A stretch of DNA of 64,000 bases from an uncultured Solirubrobacterales bacterium (GTDB lineage Bacteria; Actinomycetota; Thermoleophilia; Solirubrobacterales; Solirubrobacteraceae). Positions 21,287 through 31,643 of this stretch are shown here, in pieces. The DNA lies in the NCBI GenBank assembly GCA_963842995.1, contig CAWJIO010000011.1:517255-581254 (forward strand), given 5' to 3'. A program made the translations under genes and the position numbers. Under the pieces are notes generated by a model. The model was not told where the DNA came from. It made no database searches and worked only from the letters and a program-made list of their open reading frames with translations. Numbering within the stretch: position 1 is the stretch's first letter; each line of letters opens with the position of its first letter.

Positions 21287-21512
21287 CCCCCACCCAGGTC
21301 AAGGCTTCGCCTCGCGCAGCGGCACTCAGTCCAACGTGGCGTCCGCGTCGACGTGCATCGACTCGCGCACCGCCGGGGGCGAAGCAGCATCTGCCCGCCT
21401 CGCCACCGCGATCTTGTTCAAGTAGCAGCCGCGGATCACGCCGTTGGAATCTGGCGCGTGGAGGCAAGAAATAATTCGGCGATCCCTGCGGTCATCGACC
21501 ATGTCGAGGTCC

Positions 21513-21983
21513 CTACCTAGCCAGGGCCGTACCGACCGGCAGTGGCCGCCCCGCGACCACGTCTTTCATCACCAGCGTTGACGTGAGCCGCTGCACACCC
21601 GGTAGCGCGGCGAGGTAATCGTCGTACAGCCGCCGGTATGCGTCGAGGTCCGTCGTGACCACGCGCAGCAGGTAGTCGGGATCGCCGAAGAGGCGCTGCG
21701 CCTGGATCACCTGCTCGACGTGCGCGACCTCCTCCTCGAAGCGTGCGACGGTGTCGCGGTCGCCGTCGCGCAGCGTCGCGAAGACGAGGGTGGTGAAGTG
21801 CAGGCCGACCGTCGGCGGGTCGAGCTCGGCGCGGTAGCCGCGAATCGCTCCGGAGCGCTCGAGCTCGCGTAGCCGGCGCTGACAGCGGGACACGCTGAGT
21901 GGCAGCCGCGCGGCGAGCTCGGTGATCGAGAGGCGGCCCTCGACCTGCAGCTGCGCAAGTATTTTGCGGTCAATGGCGTCCAC
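21513..21983 (-). CDS. Lrp/AsnC transcriptional regulator
   Basis: DAIDRKILAQLQVEGRLSITELA, GDPDYLLRV. Confidence 0.93.
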   Translation of the reverse strand: MDAIDRKILAQLQVEGRLSITELAARLPLSVSRCQRRLRELERSGAIRGYRAELDPPTVGLHFTTLVFATLRDGDRDTVARFEEEVAHVEQVIQAQRLFGDPDYLLRVVTTDLDAYRRLYDDYLAALPGVQRLTSTLVMKDVVAGRPLPVGTALAR

Positions 21984-22066
21984 ATGATAAGGATACGCCG
22001 TAGGACTGGGCTAACAGCGCACAAAAGAGGAACACTTTGCGTGCTTGTGCGCGTTGCGTTCTCCGA

Positions 22067-22471
22067 GTGGACACGATCGCTCTGTTGCAGTTCCTCGCGG
22101 TCGACCTGCTGGTCGTGTTCACGCCTGGCGCCGACTGGGCGTACGCGATCCGGGCCGCCCCGACCGTGGCCTGGCGCGGCGCGCTGATCAGCGGGTTGAA
22201 CCCGAAGGGGCTGCTGTTGTTCTTCGCGGTGCTGCCGTAGTTCGTCCGCACGGACGCGGCGTGGGCGGAGAGTGCGCAGCTGGCGGTCTACGGGTGCCTG
22301 CACGTCGCGGCGTGCGCGCTCGTCTACGCGGCGGTGGGTTATACCGCCCGCGCGGTGCTCGCCGCCCGCCGGCGGACGGCGCGCCGGATCGGGCTGACGT
22401 CCGGCGTCCTGATGGCTGGCCTTGACGCGCTGCTGGCCATCGAGCAGACCCTCGCGCTGACCCATGGCTGA
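22067..22471 (+). pseudogene. LysE translocator with an internal deletion and a premature stop
   Basis: TPGADWAYAI joined directly to GLNPKGLLLFFAVLP*F (TAG 22238-22240); divergent from the Lrp gene. Confidence 0.85.
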
Positions 22472-22560
22472 CCACGGTTTGGTCCTTGGGCGGGACATGC
22501 GGCGAAGGGAGCTGATGAGGAGACACGGTCGGCCTGGGCCGGATCGCAACGGAGGTAAGC

Positions 22561-23073
22561 ATGAGTTGGGAGATTGAACGGCACGGCCGGGTGGCGGTCG
22601 TGACCATGAACACCAACAAGGTCAACGCGCAGAACCGCGACTTCTTCGCCGACCTGCACGAGGCGTTCGACAGGCTCGAGAACGAGCACGCGGAGTCGCC
22701 GGTGGTGCTGACCGGCAAGGACGGCCGGTTCTCCGCCGGGCTTGACCTCGATCAGCATTTCCAGTTGTTCGCGCGGGACCGTGACGCGGTGGCGGCCTGG
22801 TTCACGGTCTACCGCGCGACGAATATGCGCCTGTTCACCTATCCGCGGCCGATGGTGGCCGCGGTCAACGGTCACGCGTACGCCGGCGGCCTGATTACGG
22901 TCGCGGTTTGCGGCTATCGCGTCTGCGTGGACGACCGGGCGCGGTTCGGGCTCAACGAGGTCCCGATCGGGATCCCGATGCCCGCGGTCTATGTCCGCAT
23001 GCTTGCCTACGCGTGGGGCGACCAGGTCGCGGAGAGCGCTGCCGATCGTTCGAGCTCGCGCCCGCCGCCGTGA
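22561..23073 (+). pseudogene. Enoyl-CoA hydratase/isomerase, C-terminally truncated
   Basis: FSAGLDL, AAVNGHAYAGG, FGLNEV; ends at about 160 aa of similarity. Confidence 0.75.
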
Positions 23074-23204
23074 AGCAAAGCAGGGACCAAGCCACACGGC
23101 GGCGGGTCGTGAGCGTCGCGCCCCCAGGTGGGCGATACCTTGCAGCACGCACGTTAGAAAATGCCTAGTGGCCCGATCCGCAAGGATTGGCCACGCTCAG
23201 ACCA

Positions 23205-24710
23205 CTAGTCGCGGATTGTGACCCGCGCCAGCAGCCCTCCAAGCTCCGAGGATGACAACGTCAGCGCGCCGCCGTGACGCCGCGCCTCGGCCTGGACGAT
23301 CGCCAGCCCCAGCCCGCTGCCGCCCGCGGTTGTACCGCGCCCCCGCGCGAAGCGGCGGATCACGTGCTCACGCTCGGCGGCCGGGATCCCTGGACCGTCA
23401 TCCTCGACCAGGATCTCGGCGCCGTTCCCGTTCGCAGTTACGCGCAGCCGCACGTGTCCGCCCGAGCGCCCGTGGCGAGCGGCGTTCTCGAGCAGGTTCT
23501 CGACAACCCGCCAGAGCCCGTCCGCGTCACCCTGCACGACCGGGCCGGAGGGCGGAAGGTCGCTCTCGATGATCAACTCGGGATGCCGGGTACCGGCCGC
23601 GAATACCGCCGCGTCGGCGATGTCGCCGAGGTCGACTTCAGCCACCGGGGCCACCAACCCCGACTCGCCGCGCGCGAGCGTCTGGAGACCGTCGACGAGG
23701 CGGTTGAGGCGCTCGGATTGCGACGCGGCTGTCTCGAGCGCGTGTCGGCGCTGCGCTTCGTTTGCACCGTCACTGCTTGCGATGTCGAGGTTGGCGCGCA
23801 CGCTCTGCAGCGGTGTTCTCAGCTCGTGCCCGGCGTCTGCGGCAAATCTCCGCGCCGCCATCAGCGCTCCCTCGCGTGTCGCGACGGCGTCTTCGAGTCG
23901 ACCCAGCATGTGGTCGAGCTCTTGCGCCAGCGCCGCGACCTCGCGCGGCTGGCCGGGCACCCGCAGCCTGACTTCAAGATCATCCGTTCCCTGCACCCGG
24001 CCGGCCTTTCGCGCGAGCACGGTCAGCGGGCGCAGCGCCAAGCGTGTCGTGATCACCGTACCCAGCAGCGCGACCAGCAGACCGGCGATGACGGTCCAGA
24101 CTACGACCGTCCGCAAGCTCGCCGCCCGCGCCGAGATCGACTGCGCGAGTGCTCCCACCTCGACGATCACGCCGAGCTGGTTGGTTAGCACGACCAGCCG
24201 CCAGGGCTTGCCAGCAGCATTCACCGTCCGCGCGCCAGCGCGCAACGACATCGGGGGGAGGCCGGGTGGAACCGTGCCCAGGATCAGGTGGTTGCCGGAC
24301 TGCACCGCCAGCGCCCGAACGAACTCGATCTCACCGGCAGGGCCGGAGCTCTGGCCGCGCTGGTTGAAGGCGTCGAGCAGAGCTTGGACCACGGCCGGCT
24401 GCGGCCTGCTCGGCACGGCGGGCCGTGGCGGCGGCCCGGGCGGCACGAGCGGCACGCCGTTGCGATCGAGCAGCTGCACCCCCGGCGGCGGGCTTGTGGG
24501 AGGGACCCGCGGCGGCCGTGGGGCAAGTCCCAGCGCGCCGGCGACATACGGCGAGAGATTGCCGGCAAAGCGCCGCAGCTCGGCATCCGCATCCCGTTTG
24601 TCGCGCTGCTCGGTCACGGTCACGATCGTCAGGCCACCGGCTACGAGCACCACACTCACGACCAACAATGCGCCAACCACGACGCGCGCGGTGAGCGAGC
24701 GGGGGATCAC
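23205..24710 (-). CDS. HAMP sensor histidine kinase with a Pro-rich extracellular region
   Basis: Two TM helices, FAADAGHELRTPL, NLLENAARH, DDGPG, GSGLGL; GTGA overlap with the regulator. Confidence 0.93.
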   Translation of the reverse strand: MIPRSLTARVVVGALLVVSVVLVAGGLTIVTVTEQRDKRDADAELRRFAGNLSPYVAGALGLAPRPPRVPPTSPPPGVQLLDRNGVPLVPPGPPPRPAVPSRPQPAVVQALLDAFNQRGQSSGPAGEIEFVRALAVQSGNHLILGTVPPGLPPMSLRAGARTVNAAGKPWRLVVLTNQLGVIVEVGALAQSISARAASLRTVVVWTVIAGLLVALLGTVITTRLALRPLTVLARKAGRVQGTDDLEVRLRVPGQPREVAALAQELDHMLGRLEDAVATREGALMAARRFAADAGHELRTPLQSVRANLDIASSDGANEAQRRHALETAASQSERLNRLVDGLQTLARGESGLVAPVAEVDLGDIADAAVFAAGTRHPELIIESDLPPSGPVVQGDADGLWRVVENLLENAARHGRSGGHVRLRVTANGNGAEILVEDDGPGIPAAEREHVIRRFARGRGTTAGGSGLGLAIVQAEARRHGGALTLSSSELGGLLARVTIRD

Positions 24711-25411
24711 GGCCTGTGCAGTACGAACCCCACGCCGCGTACGGTTTCCACCAATCGAGGCGCCCCGGCCGCGTGCAACTTGCGGCGCAGATATGTCATG
24801 AACACATCGAGCGCACGGCTGTCCGGGGCGAAGTCGTAGCCCCACACCATCTCCAACAACCGTTGACGACTCAATACCACCTCCGCATTGCGAGCGAGTG
24901 CGTCGAGCAGCGCCAGCTCCCGACCGGTCAACCGCAAATCGCGCCCATCCCAGCTCGCTGTTGCCCCATCCGCATCCACCAACAATAGCCCGAGCCGTAC
25001 CGGTGGTTGAAGCGAGCTCCCTCCCGACTGCAGCTGGGCGGCGGCGCGTCGCAGCAGCGCCCGCAGCCGCGCGACCAGCTCGCCCATCGCGAACGGCTTG
25101 ACGAGATAATCGTCGGCGCCCGCCTCGAGCCCTGCGATCCGGTCGTCAACCTGATCGAGTGCTGACAGCACGAGGATCGGCGTCGACAATCCCCCCGCCC
25201 GCATCCGCGCCGCCACGACGCGACCGTTGATGTCCGGCAGCCCGATATCGAGTACGACCGCGTCGGGCTCGCGCTCCGCGACGCACCTCAACGCCTCAGC
25301 GCCGTCGACCGCCTTCCTGACGGCGTAGCCCTCGAGCTCGAGCGCTCGACCGAGCGAGTCGAGTATCGCCTCGTCATCGTCCACCACCAGAACGACCGGA
25401 TCAGCTCTCAT
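24707..25411 (-). CDS. OmpR-family response regulator (MprA/PrrA-like)
   Basis: VLVVDDD, VLDIGLP, GADDYLVKPF, ETVRGVGF. Confidence 0.95.
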   Translation of the reverse strand: MRADPVVLVVDDDEAILDSLGRALELEGYAVRKAVDGAEALRCVAEREPDAVVLDIGLPDINGRVVAARMRAGGLSTPILVLSALDQVDDRIAGLEAGADDYLVKPFAMGELVARLRALLRRAAAQLQSGGSSLQPPVRLGLLLVDADGATASWDGRDLRLTGRELALLDALARNAEVVLSRQRLLEMVWGYDFAPDSRALDVFMTYLRRKLHAAGAPRLVETVRGVGFVLHRP

Positions 25412-25430
25412 CGGCCGATTATCGGGCGGC

Positions 25431-25449
25431 AGCGCTAATGAAGCGCTAA
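25431..25449. promoter_or_regulatory. Tandem AGCGCTAA repeats with 11-bp period, candidate OmpR-type site
   Basis: Copies at 25431-25438 and 25442-25449, just upstream of the regulator. Confidence 0.5.
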
Positions 25450-25464
25450 CGAGCGCAGCGCCAA

Positions 25465-25493
25465 GAGGACGCGCGGACCGGATGCGCGTCCTC
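25465..25493. terminator. Perfect 10-bp stem hairpin
   Basis: GAGGACGCGC-N9-GCGCGTCCTC. Confidence 0.5.
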
Positions 25494-25870
25494 CTGTTCA
25501 GGAGGTTTGGGGTTGGTCGAACGATGGTCGCTTCAGTCGTACCACCATGTGAGAAGCGGGAGCCGCGCGCCCGCGGACCGTTGGTAGTGTCGTGTCGACC
25601 GGCGCCGGCACCCGCGGCCGCTGAGCTAAGTCGGGCTGTTCGCTCCGACCACCGCCTCGACGGACCCCGCCGTCCGCCTGCGGTCCCTCGGATTAGCGGA
25701 CCGCTCCGGCACCGGACAGCCGTTCACCACCAGGATCGCGATCGCGCTACGCGACGCCGACAGCCTCCCCGGCCACCGCCAGCGCGTCCGCTCCCGCGAC
25801 AGCGCAGCCGCGCCGAATCCGCCGAACGCCTCGGCGTCCACCCAAGGCACGCACGACTGGCAGCGGCTCC

Positions 25871-26803
25871 TTAGTGTCCACAGAACACATCGGTCAGCCC
25901 CGGATCGGCGTGGCGCGCGCGTCGCCGGGCGCCGCCGGACCTGGGCGCGACGTGCGCCTGGCCGGACGTCCGGGCGACCGCTTGCGATCGGCCGAGGAGC
26001 GTTGCTCCTACGGTAACGGTCGCAAGTCCGAAGACGAGTGGGGCGATGTGGCGTGCGCCGGAGCCCCATGTCTCCACCCCAGCCCAGAGCGCCATGACCA
26101 CGGGCAGCGGGTCCTGTATTGCTCCGACGACGGGCGATACTGTCACGGCGGGGCGCTGCTGGAGCGCGGTGGTCTCTTCGAGAAAGGCCAGCGCCCCGAA
26201 GCAGAGCGTCGCCGACAGCCAGGCGGCGGCGACGGTCCAATGAGCGGTTGAGAGGTCGTTCGCGACCAGCTTGTTCGCGAAGTCGGCCCAGGCGTACGCG
26301 AGCCCAGCACCGATCACCAGCGCCAGCTGAGTCTGGCGCCGAAATCGGCCGACCGCGTAGGTGACAAGCGCCGCGGCTCCGACCACTGCCAGCGGCACTG
26401 CGAGCCGTGCTGCTTCGGGATCGTGGGCGGTGTGCCTGGGCGCCGCCCAAACGACAGCCGTTGTGCCCGCCACGATGGCCAGCGCGCCGAAGGCTTCGAG
26501 CGGCCCGACCCGCTCCCGCAGCCTCACCCTTGCGACTGCCAGCAGGATCAGCTGTGTCGTCGACAGGGTCGGCTGGACCACTGTGATCGGCGCTAAGGCC
26601 AGCGCGAGCACCTGCAGCGGCCACGCCAAGACCAGCAGTGCCGTCCCCGCCAGCCAGCGGGGACGGTGGGCAAGGCGCAGCAGCAGCGAAGGGCGACCGC
26701 CTTCACTGGCCGGCGCGCGGCGGTCCTCAGCAGCCTGCAGGACAACTGCGAACGCGTTCGCAACGGAGGCCACCAGCGCGACGACGATCCCGAGCCCTAT
26801 CAC
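25871..26803 (-). CDS. DMT-superfamily membrane protein
   Basis: Multiple TM helices, LAHRPRWLAG, LAPITVVQP. Confidence 0.85.
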   Translation of the reverse strand: MIGLGIVVALVASVANAFAVVLQAAEDRRAPASEGGRPSLLLRLAHRPRWLAGTALLVLAWPLQVLALALAPITVVQPTLSTTQLILLAVARVRLRERVGPLEAFGALAIVAGTTAVVWAAPRHTAHDPEAARLAVPLAVVGAAALVTYAVGRFRRQTQLALVIGAGLAYAWADFANKLVANDLSTAHWTVAAAWLSATLCFGALAFLEETTALQQRPAVTVSPVVGAIQDPLPVVMALWAGVETWGSGARHIAPLVFGLATVTVGATLLGRSQAVARTSGQAHVAPRSGGARRRARHADPGLTDVFCGH

Positions 26804-26992
26804 GCGACCGCGCGGACCCCCTCGCGAGGCATGACCGCAGCTAGCGGGGCTTGACCCCGATGGACGTAGCGCTGGTTCCCGTCGCGTGTCGAGATCCTGT
26901 TAGATTAGGGGGCCTGGCGCACTTCACGGAAGTCGTCTGCGTGTCATAGGCAGCGCAGGCGACAGCCGGCCCGAGGTAAGTAAGTAACGTCC

Positions 26993-27964
26993 GTGCGGAT
27001 CCTGGTCACCGGCGCGAGTGGGTTCATCGGCGCGCACGTCTGCGCTCACCTAGCCGGCAAAGGCGCGGAGGTGCGAGCTTTCTGCCGCTCGGAGCCGCCC
27101 GGGGACGCGCGAGTTGCGGAGTGGATGCCCGGCGATGTGACCGATGCGTTGGCCGTGCGGCGGGCGGTCCCCGGTTGTGAAGCGGTGGTGCACGTCGCCG
27201 CCGCCTACAGTTACGCGCGCACGGACTGGCCGCGGGTGGAGGCCGTCAACGTGCGGGGGACGCGTAACGTGCTCGAGTCCGTGACCCGCAGCGGTAGGCC
27301 TCGCCTGGTGCTGACCTCGACTTCGGCTACTTGCGGTCCCGTTCGCGGACGACCGGCGACCGAGCACGACCACCCACCCGCTTGGGAGTTGCGGGTCCCT
27401 TACAAGCGAACGAAGGTTGCCGCCGAACGCCTGGCGCTTGCCGCCGCTCGGCAAGGCACCGACGTGGTCTGCGTGAACCCAACGACCGTGCTCGGGCCCG
27501 GTGACCGCCGGCCGACGCCGAGCGGCAAGATGATTCGCGATCTGGTTGACGGCCGCATCCCCGCGTATATCGCCGGCGCGGGGATCAACGTGGTTGCTGT
27601 TGGGGACGTTGCCCGCGGGCACACGCTAGCGCTGGAGCACGGCCGCTGCGGGGAACGCTACATCCTCGGGGGCGACGACCTGTCGCTACGCGACGTATTC
27701 GCGGTCGCGCTAGCGGCCGTCGGGCGCCAGCCACCGCGGGTGGCACTGCCATGGTCGGCGGTGTACGGGGCCGCGCTGTTGGTCGACGCGGCGGCGCGGG
27801 CGTTCGGGCATGAGCCGCGGCTGCTGGTGCTGCACGAGGTCCTGCTAGCTCGCCTGCCGCTGTTCTTCGCAAGCGCGAAGGCCTGCTCCGCGCTCGGCTA
27901 CAGACCCCGCCCGGCGGGGGAGGCGCTCGCGGCGGCCGCGCGCTGGTGCGCCGCAACGCGGTAG
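26993..27964 (+). CDS. hpnA: Hopanoid-associated NAD-dependent epimerase/dehydratase
   Basis: TGASGFIG, YKRTK, GPGDRRPTPSGKMI; cluster context. Confidence 0.82.
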   Translation: MRILVTGASGFIGAHVCAHLAGKGAEVRAFCRSEPPGDARVAEWMPGDVTDALAVRRAVPGCEAVVHVAAAYSYARTDWPRVEAVNVRGTRNVLESVTRSGRPRLVLTSTSATCGPVRGRPATEHDHPPAWELRVPYKRTKVAAERLALAAARQGTDVVCVNPTTVLGPGDRRPTPSGKMIRDLVDGRIPAYIAGAGINVVAVGDVARGHTLALEHGRCGERYILGGDDLSLRDVFAVALAAVGRQPPRVALPWSAVYGAALLVDAAARAFGHEPRLLVLHEVLLARLPLFFASAKACSALGYRPRPAGEALAAAARWCAATR

Positions 27965-29109
27965 GCGCCGCTGCCCACCGCGACGACCAGGCTCGCCGCG
28001 TCCGGCAGCCCGTCACCCGACAGCGGGGCAGGCCTTGGGCGCGAAAGGACGCGGTTGAGGGCTGGGACGAGCGCCGCGCGATTCGGCGCCCACTCGGCAA
28101 GACCGCGATCGGACAGCGCGATCGCGTGAGCGCGGACGTGCGCGACGCCGGTGCCGTAGTTGATCAGCGGGCAGCCCACTACACGTGCCTCGAGCGCGGT
28201 TGTGCCGCCGGTCGTGTGGACGATCGCGTCCGCGGCGCTCAGCAGCGTCGGCATCTGACCGCTGAAGCCGAGCACTCTGACCCGTGGATGGCTGCCGTAA
28301 GTCGCGAGTAGCTCCCGGCGGACGCCGCCGTTGCGGCCGGCCATGCAGAGCACCAGCGTCTCAGGGCCCGTATCGAGCGCCACCCCGGTCGCCCCGGCGA
28401 GATCGCCCAATGCCCACCCTCCGCCCGAGATGAGCACCACCGGAACTCGATCGGGCAAGGACAAAGCCAAGCGCGCGCTCGCGGGCGGCAGCGGCGACAT
28501 GAATCGCTCGTCGATCAGCGGACGCACCACCGCGGCCCGATCGGGGCCCGCGATCTGCTGCACCTCGGCCTGCGCCTCGGGCCAGGAAAGCAGGTGCAGA
28601 TCGATCCCAGGATGCGCCCAGTAGTGAAGCCCCGCCGGATCCGAGATCGATGAACAGACCGGCGTCCCGAGGCGCCCGACGGCGCGAAGCACGCCAAGCG
28701 CCGCGCTCAGTACCGGGTACTCGGTCACGACGACGTCAGCGCCAAAGCCGCTGATCGTGCCCCTCAGCCCGCGGCCGCCCAGCACCGCCAGCGCGAACTG
28801 CGCGGCGCGTCGCGGGGTCGCGTGTTCGAAGAACACTCGATAGGCCAGCTCGTAGGTCCATCCGACGCGGTCGAGATGAAGGTGAAACCCGTTCGTCATA
28901 AACCGTCCGAATCGCAGGCCCATCACCTCCAGATCGGTCCGCAACTCGACCGACTCGATGTCCTCGCGTCGGCTCAATTCCTCGACAAGCGATCGCGCGA
29001 CGGTCACGTGTCCGGCGCCAATATCAGCGCACAGCACCAACACGCGCACTCCCCGAGAACGCGCGCGCCCGTCGACGGCGGGCGGGTCACACTGCTCGAG
29101 CATTGGCAA
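27898..29109 (-). CDS. GT28/MGDG-synthase-like glycosyltransferase
   Basis: ADIGAGH, VLISGGGWALG, MAGRN, LSAADAIVHTTGGTT. Confidence 0.85.
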   Translation of the reverse strand: MPMLEQCDPPAVDGRARSRGVRVLVLCADIGAGHVTVARSLVEELSRREDIESVELRTDLEVMGLRFGRFMTNGFHLHLDRVGWTYELAYRVFFEHATPRRAAQFALAVLGGRGLRGTISGFGADVVVTEYPVLSAALGVLRAVGRLGTPVCSSISDPAGLHYWAHPGIDLHLLSWPEAQAEVQQIAGPDRAAVVRPLIDERFMSPLPPASARLALSLPDRVPVVLISGGGWALGDLAGATGVALDTGPETLVLCMAGRNGGVRRELLATYGSHPRVRVLGFSGQMPTLLSAADAIVHTTGGTTALEARVVGCPLINYGTGVAHVRAHAIALSDRGLAEWAPNRAALVPALNRVLSRPRPAPLSGDGLPDAASLVVAVGSGAYRVAAHQRAAAASASPAGRGL

Positions 29110-29241
29110 CCACTCGACTGTACTCGCGATCTCTGGCGCGACCCTCTGCGACGTTGTTCAAAAGCAACCTCGTATGCCATCAGCCGCCGTGTCCCCGACG
29201 CCAAGTTCGGTTCTAACCACAGGTGGCGGTTCTTGCCGCGC

Positions 29242-29258
29242 TCTCAGCGTCCTCTCAT
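29242..29258. promoter_or_regulatory. MprA-like box TCTCAG-N5-TCTCAT
   Basis: Tandem hexamers with 11-bp period between the GT gene and hpnD. Confidence 0.5.
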
Positions 29259-29418
29259 GTTGAAAGAGTTACTACACAATCGGTGGTGGAAGGCGCCGAG
29301 CCGGAGACGAACGTCACAATGCACGCCGGGATGTGATGGTACTTTCGCTGCTCGACGCGATCGCGGGCAGGCGGCTACTACCGTTTGCGGTGGCCGACGT
29401 CGAGGCGGTGCATCGGCG

Positions 29419-30294
29419 ATGACGATGCCGGCGCTTGAGGCTGAGTTCGGCTATCGCGCGTGCGAGGACATCACGCGGCGCGAGGCGGCGAACTTCTACT
29501 ACGGAATCCGGCTTCTTCCGCGCGACAAGCGTCAGGCGATGAGTGCCGTGTACGCGTTCGCGCGCCGCGTCGACGACATCGGCGACGGCGACGAGGAGCG
29601 ATCCGCGAAGTTCGCCGCCCTCGACGCTGAGCGCGCGAGCCTCGCCGCGATCGCGAGCGGCGCGACTAGCGGGCGCTATGCGCCCAGCGCGTCGCCGCGC
29701 GACCCGGTGACCGTAGCGCTAACCGACGCACGTAAGCGTTTCGGCCTGCCCCTCGATGCGCTGGACCTCCTGATCGACGGCGTCGAGCTCGACGTGCGCG
29801 GCACCCGGTACGAAACCTTCGACGACCTTGTTGTCTACTGCCGCGACGTGGCCGGCTCGATCGGTCGTCTGTGCCTGGCGATCTTCAGCGAAGGCGACGT
29901 CAACGGGCACGCCACACTTGCCGACGACCTCGGCGTCGCGATGCAGCTTACGAACATCCTGCGTGACGTGCGGGAGGACTACGAGCACGGACGGGTGTAC
30001 CTGCCCGCAGAGGACCTCCGGCGCTTCGGATGCTCAGCACCGCCCGAGGTGAGCGCCGAGCTGATCCGCTTCGAGGCCGTGCGGGCTCGCGAGTGGTTTG
30101 ACCGTGGGCTAGGCCTCGTCGACGTGCTCGATTCGCGCAGCGCCTCGTGCGTACTGGCGATGACCGGCATCTACCGGCGGATCCTCCAACGGATCGCGCG
30201 GCAGCCGGACGTGATCCTGCAGCGGCGGGTCTCGCTTTCTGCGTGGGAAAAGGCGTGGCTCGCCGCGCGGAGCCTGGCCGGGCTGCGGACGTGA
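29419..30294 (+). CDS. hpnD: Presqualene diphosphate synthase
   Basis: ANFYYGIRLLP, ARRVDDIGD, MQLTNILRDVRED, GRVYLP. Confidence 0.9.
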   Translation: MTMPALEAEFGYRACEDITRREAANFYYGIRLLPRDKRQAMSAVYAFARRVDDIGDGDEERSAKFAALDAERASLAAIASGATSGRYAPSASPRDPVTVALTDARKRFGLPLDALDLLIDGVELDVRGTRYETFDDLVVYCRDVAGSIGRLCLAIFSEGDVNGHATLADDLGVAMQLTNILRDVREDYEHGRVYLPAEDLRRFGCSAPPEVSAELIRFEAVRAREWFDRGLGLVDVLDSRSASCVLAMTGIYRRILQRIARQPDVILQRRVSLSAWEKAWLAARSLAGLRT

Positions 30295-31643
30295 AGCGGA
30301 TCGTCGTCGTGGGCGGAGGGTTGGCGGGCATCGCCGCCGCGCTCGACTGCGCGCGCGATGGCGCCGCGGTTACCCTGCTCGAGTCGCGCGGCCGCCTAGG
30401 CGGCGCCGCCTACTCATTCGTCCGCGACGGCATGCTCGTCGACAACGGCCAGCACGTGTTCCTGCGCTGTTGCAGCGAGTACCGCGAGCTCCTCGACCGG
30501 ATCGGGGCGACCGAGCTGGTGACGCTCCAGCCGCGGCTGTCTGTTCCCGTCCTCGCTCCGGGCGGCAGGCGCGCTTGGCTGCGCCGCTCCAGCTTGCCGG
30601 CGCCGTTGCATCTCGCGGGCGCGCTCGCGCAGTACCGTTTCCTTGGCCTGCGCCAACGCGTCTCGCTGGCGCGCGCGATCCAGGCACTCCTGCACGTTGA
30701 CCCTGACGACCCGTTCGCTGACGCCCGGTCGTTCGGTGATTGGCTGTCCGAGCACGGCCAGGGTGAGGAGGCGGTGCAGACGATGTGGGAGCTGATCGCG
30801 CGTCCTGCGCTCAACCTCCGGGCCGCCGACGCCTCGCTCGCCCAGGCGGCGTACGTGTTCCAGCGGGGCCTGCTGCGCAACGCCGCCGCCGGCGACGTCG
30901 GGTACGCCCGCGTGCCGCTCGGGGAGATCCACGATGCGGCGGCGAGGCGGGCGCTAACGTGGGCCGGCGTCGAGGTCCGGCTGCGCCGCAGCGCGGTTGC
31001 GATTGTGCCCGAGGTTGACTGCTTTCGGGTCGAGTCGGGCAGCGTCCCCCCGCTCGCTGCCGACGCTGTCGTTCTGGCGGTGCCGCACGCTCGGGCAGCA
31101 CGACTCCTGCCGGCCGGAGCCGGCGTGGACCCCGCGCGGATCGCTCGGTTGGGCACCTCGCCGATCGTGGACCTGCACGTGGTGTACGACCGCTCGGTAC
31201 TTGATCTGCCGTTCGCCGCGAGCGTGCGCACACCGGTGCAATGGGTCTTCGACCGGACGGAGGCCGCGGGGCTCGCGCCGGCGCAGTACCTCGTGGTCTC
31301 GCTCTCCGCCGCCGAGGCGGAGCTGGACATGACCGTCGACGATCTCCGCGGCCGCTTCCTCGAGGCCTTGTCGGAGCTGCTCCCGGCGGCCCGCGAGGCC
31401 CACGTCGAGGCGTTCTTCGTCACCCGCGAGCATGCCGCGACGTTCCGGGCCGCCCCGGGAGCGCGCTCGCTTCGCCCCGGGCCGCAGACGCGTATTCCCG
31501 GCCTGGTGCTTGCCGGCGCGTGGACCGACACTGGCTGGCCGGCGACGATGGAGGGTGCGGTGCGCAGCGGTCGCGCGGCCGCGCGCGCGGCGCTGGCGAC
31601 GCTCGCCCGGAAGGTCGAACCAACGGCGAGAGTGGCGGCATGA
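30291..31643 (+). CDS. hpnE: Hydroxysqualene dehydroxylase
   Basis: GGGLAG, VDNGQHVFLRCC, TGWPATMEGAVRSG; GTGA coupling. Confidence 0.92.
   Translation: MKRIVVVGGGLAGIAAALDCARDGAAVTLLESRGRLGGAAYSFVRDGMLVDNGQHVFLRCCSEYRELLDRIGATELVTLQPRLSVPVLAPGGRRAWLRRSSLPAPLHLAGALAQYRFLGLRQRVSLARAIQALLHVDPDDPFADARSFGDWLSEHGQGEEAVQTMWELIARPALNLRAADASLAQAAYVFQRGLLRNAAAGDVGYARVPLGEIHDAAARRALTWAGVEVRLRRSAVAIVPEVDCFRVESGSVPPLAADAVVLAVPHARAARLLPAGAGVDPARIARLGTSPIVDLHVVYDRSVLDLPFAASVRTPVQWVFDRTEAAGLAPAQYLVVSLSAAEAELDMTVDDLRGRFLEALSELLPAAREAHVEAFFVTREHAATFRAAPGARSLRPGPQTRIPGLVLAGAWTDTGWPATMEGAVRSGRAAARAALATLARKVEPTARVAA

Noticed and set aside
27898..27964. 67-nt convergent overlap of hpnA and the glycosyltransferase as antisense regulation
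   Set aside because: Such tail overlaps are common in high-GC genomes
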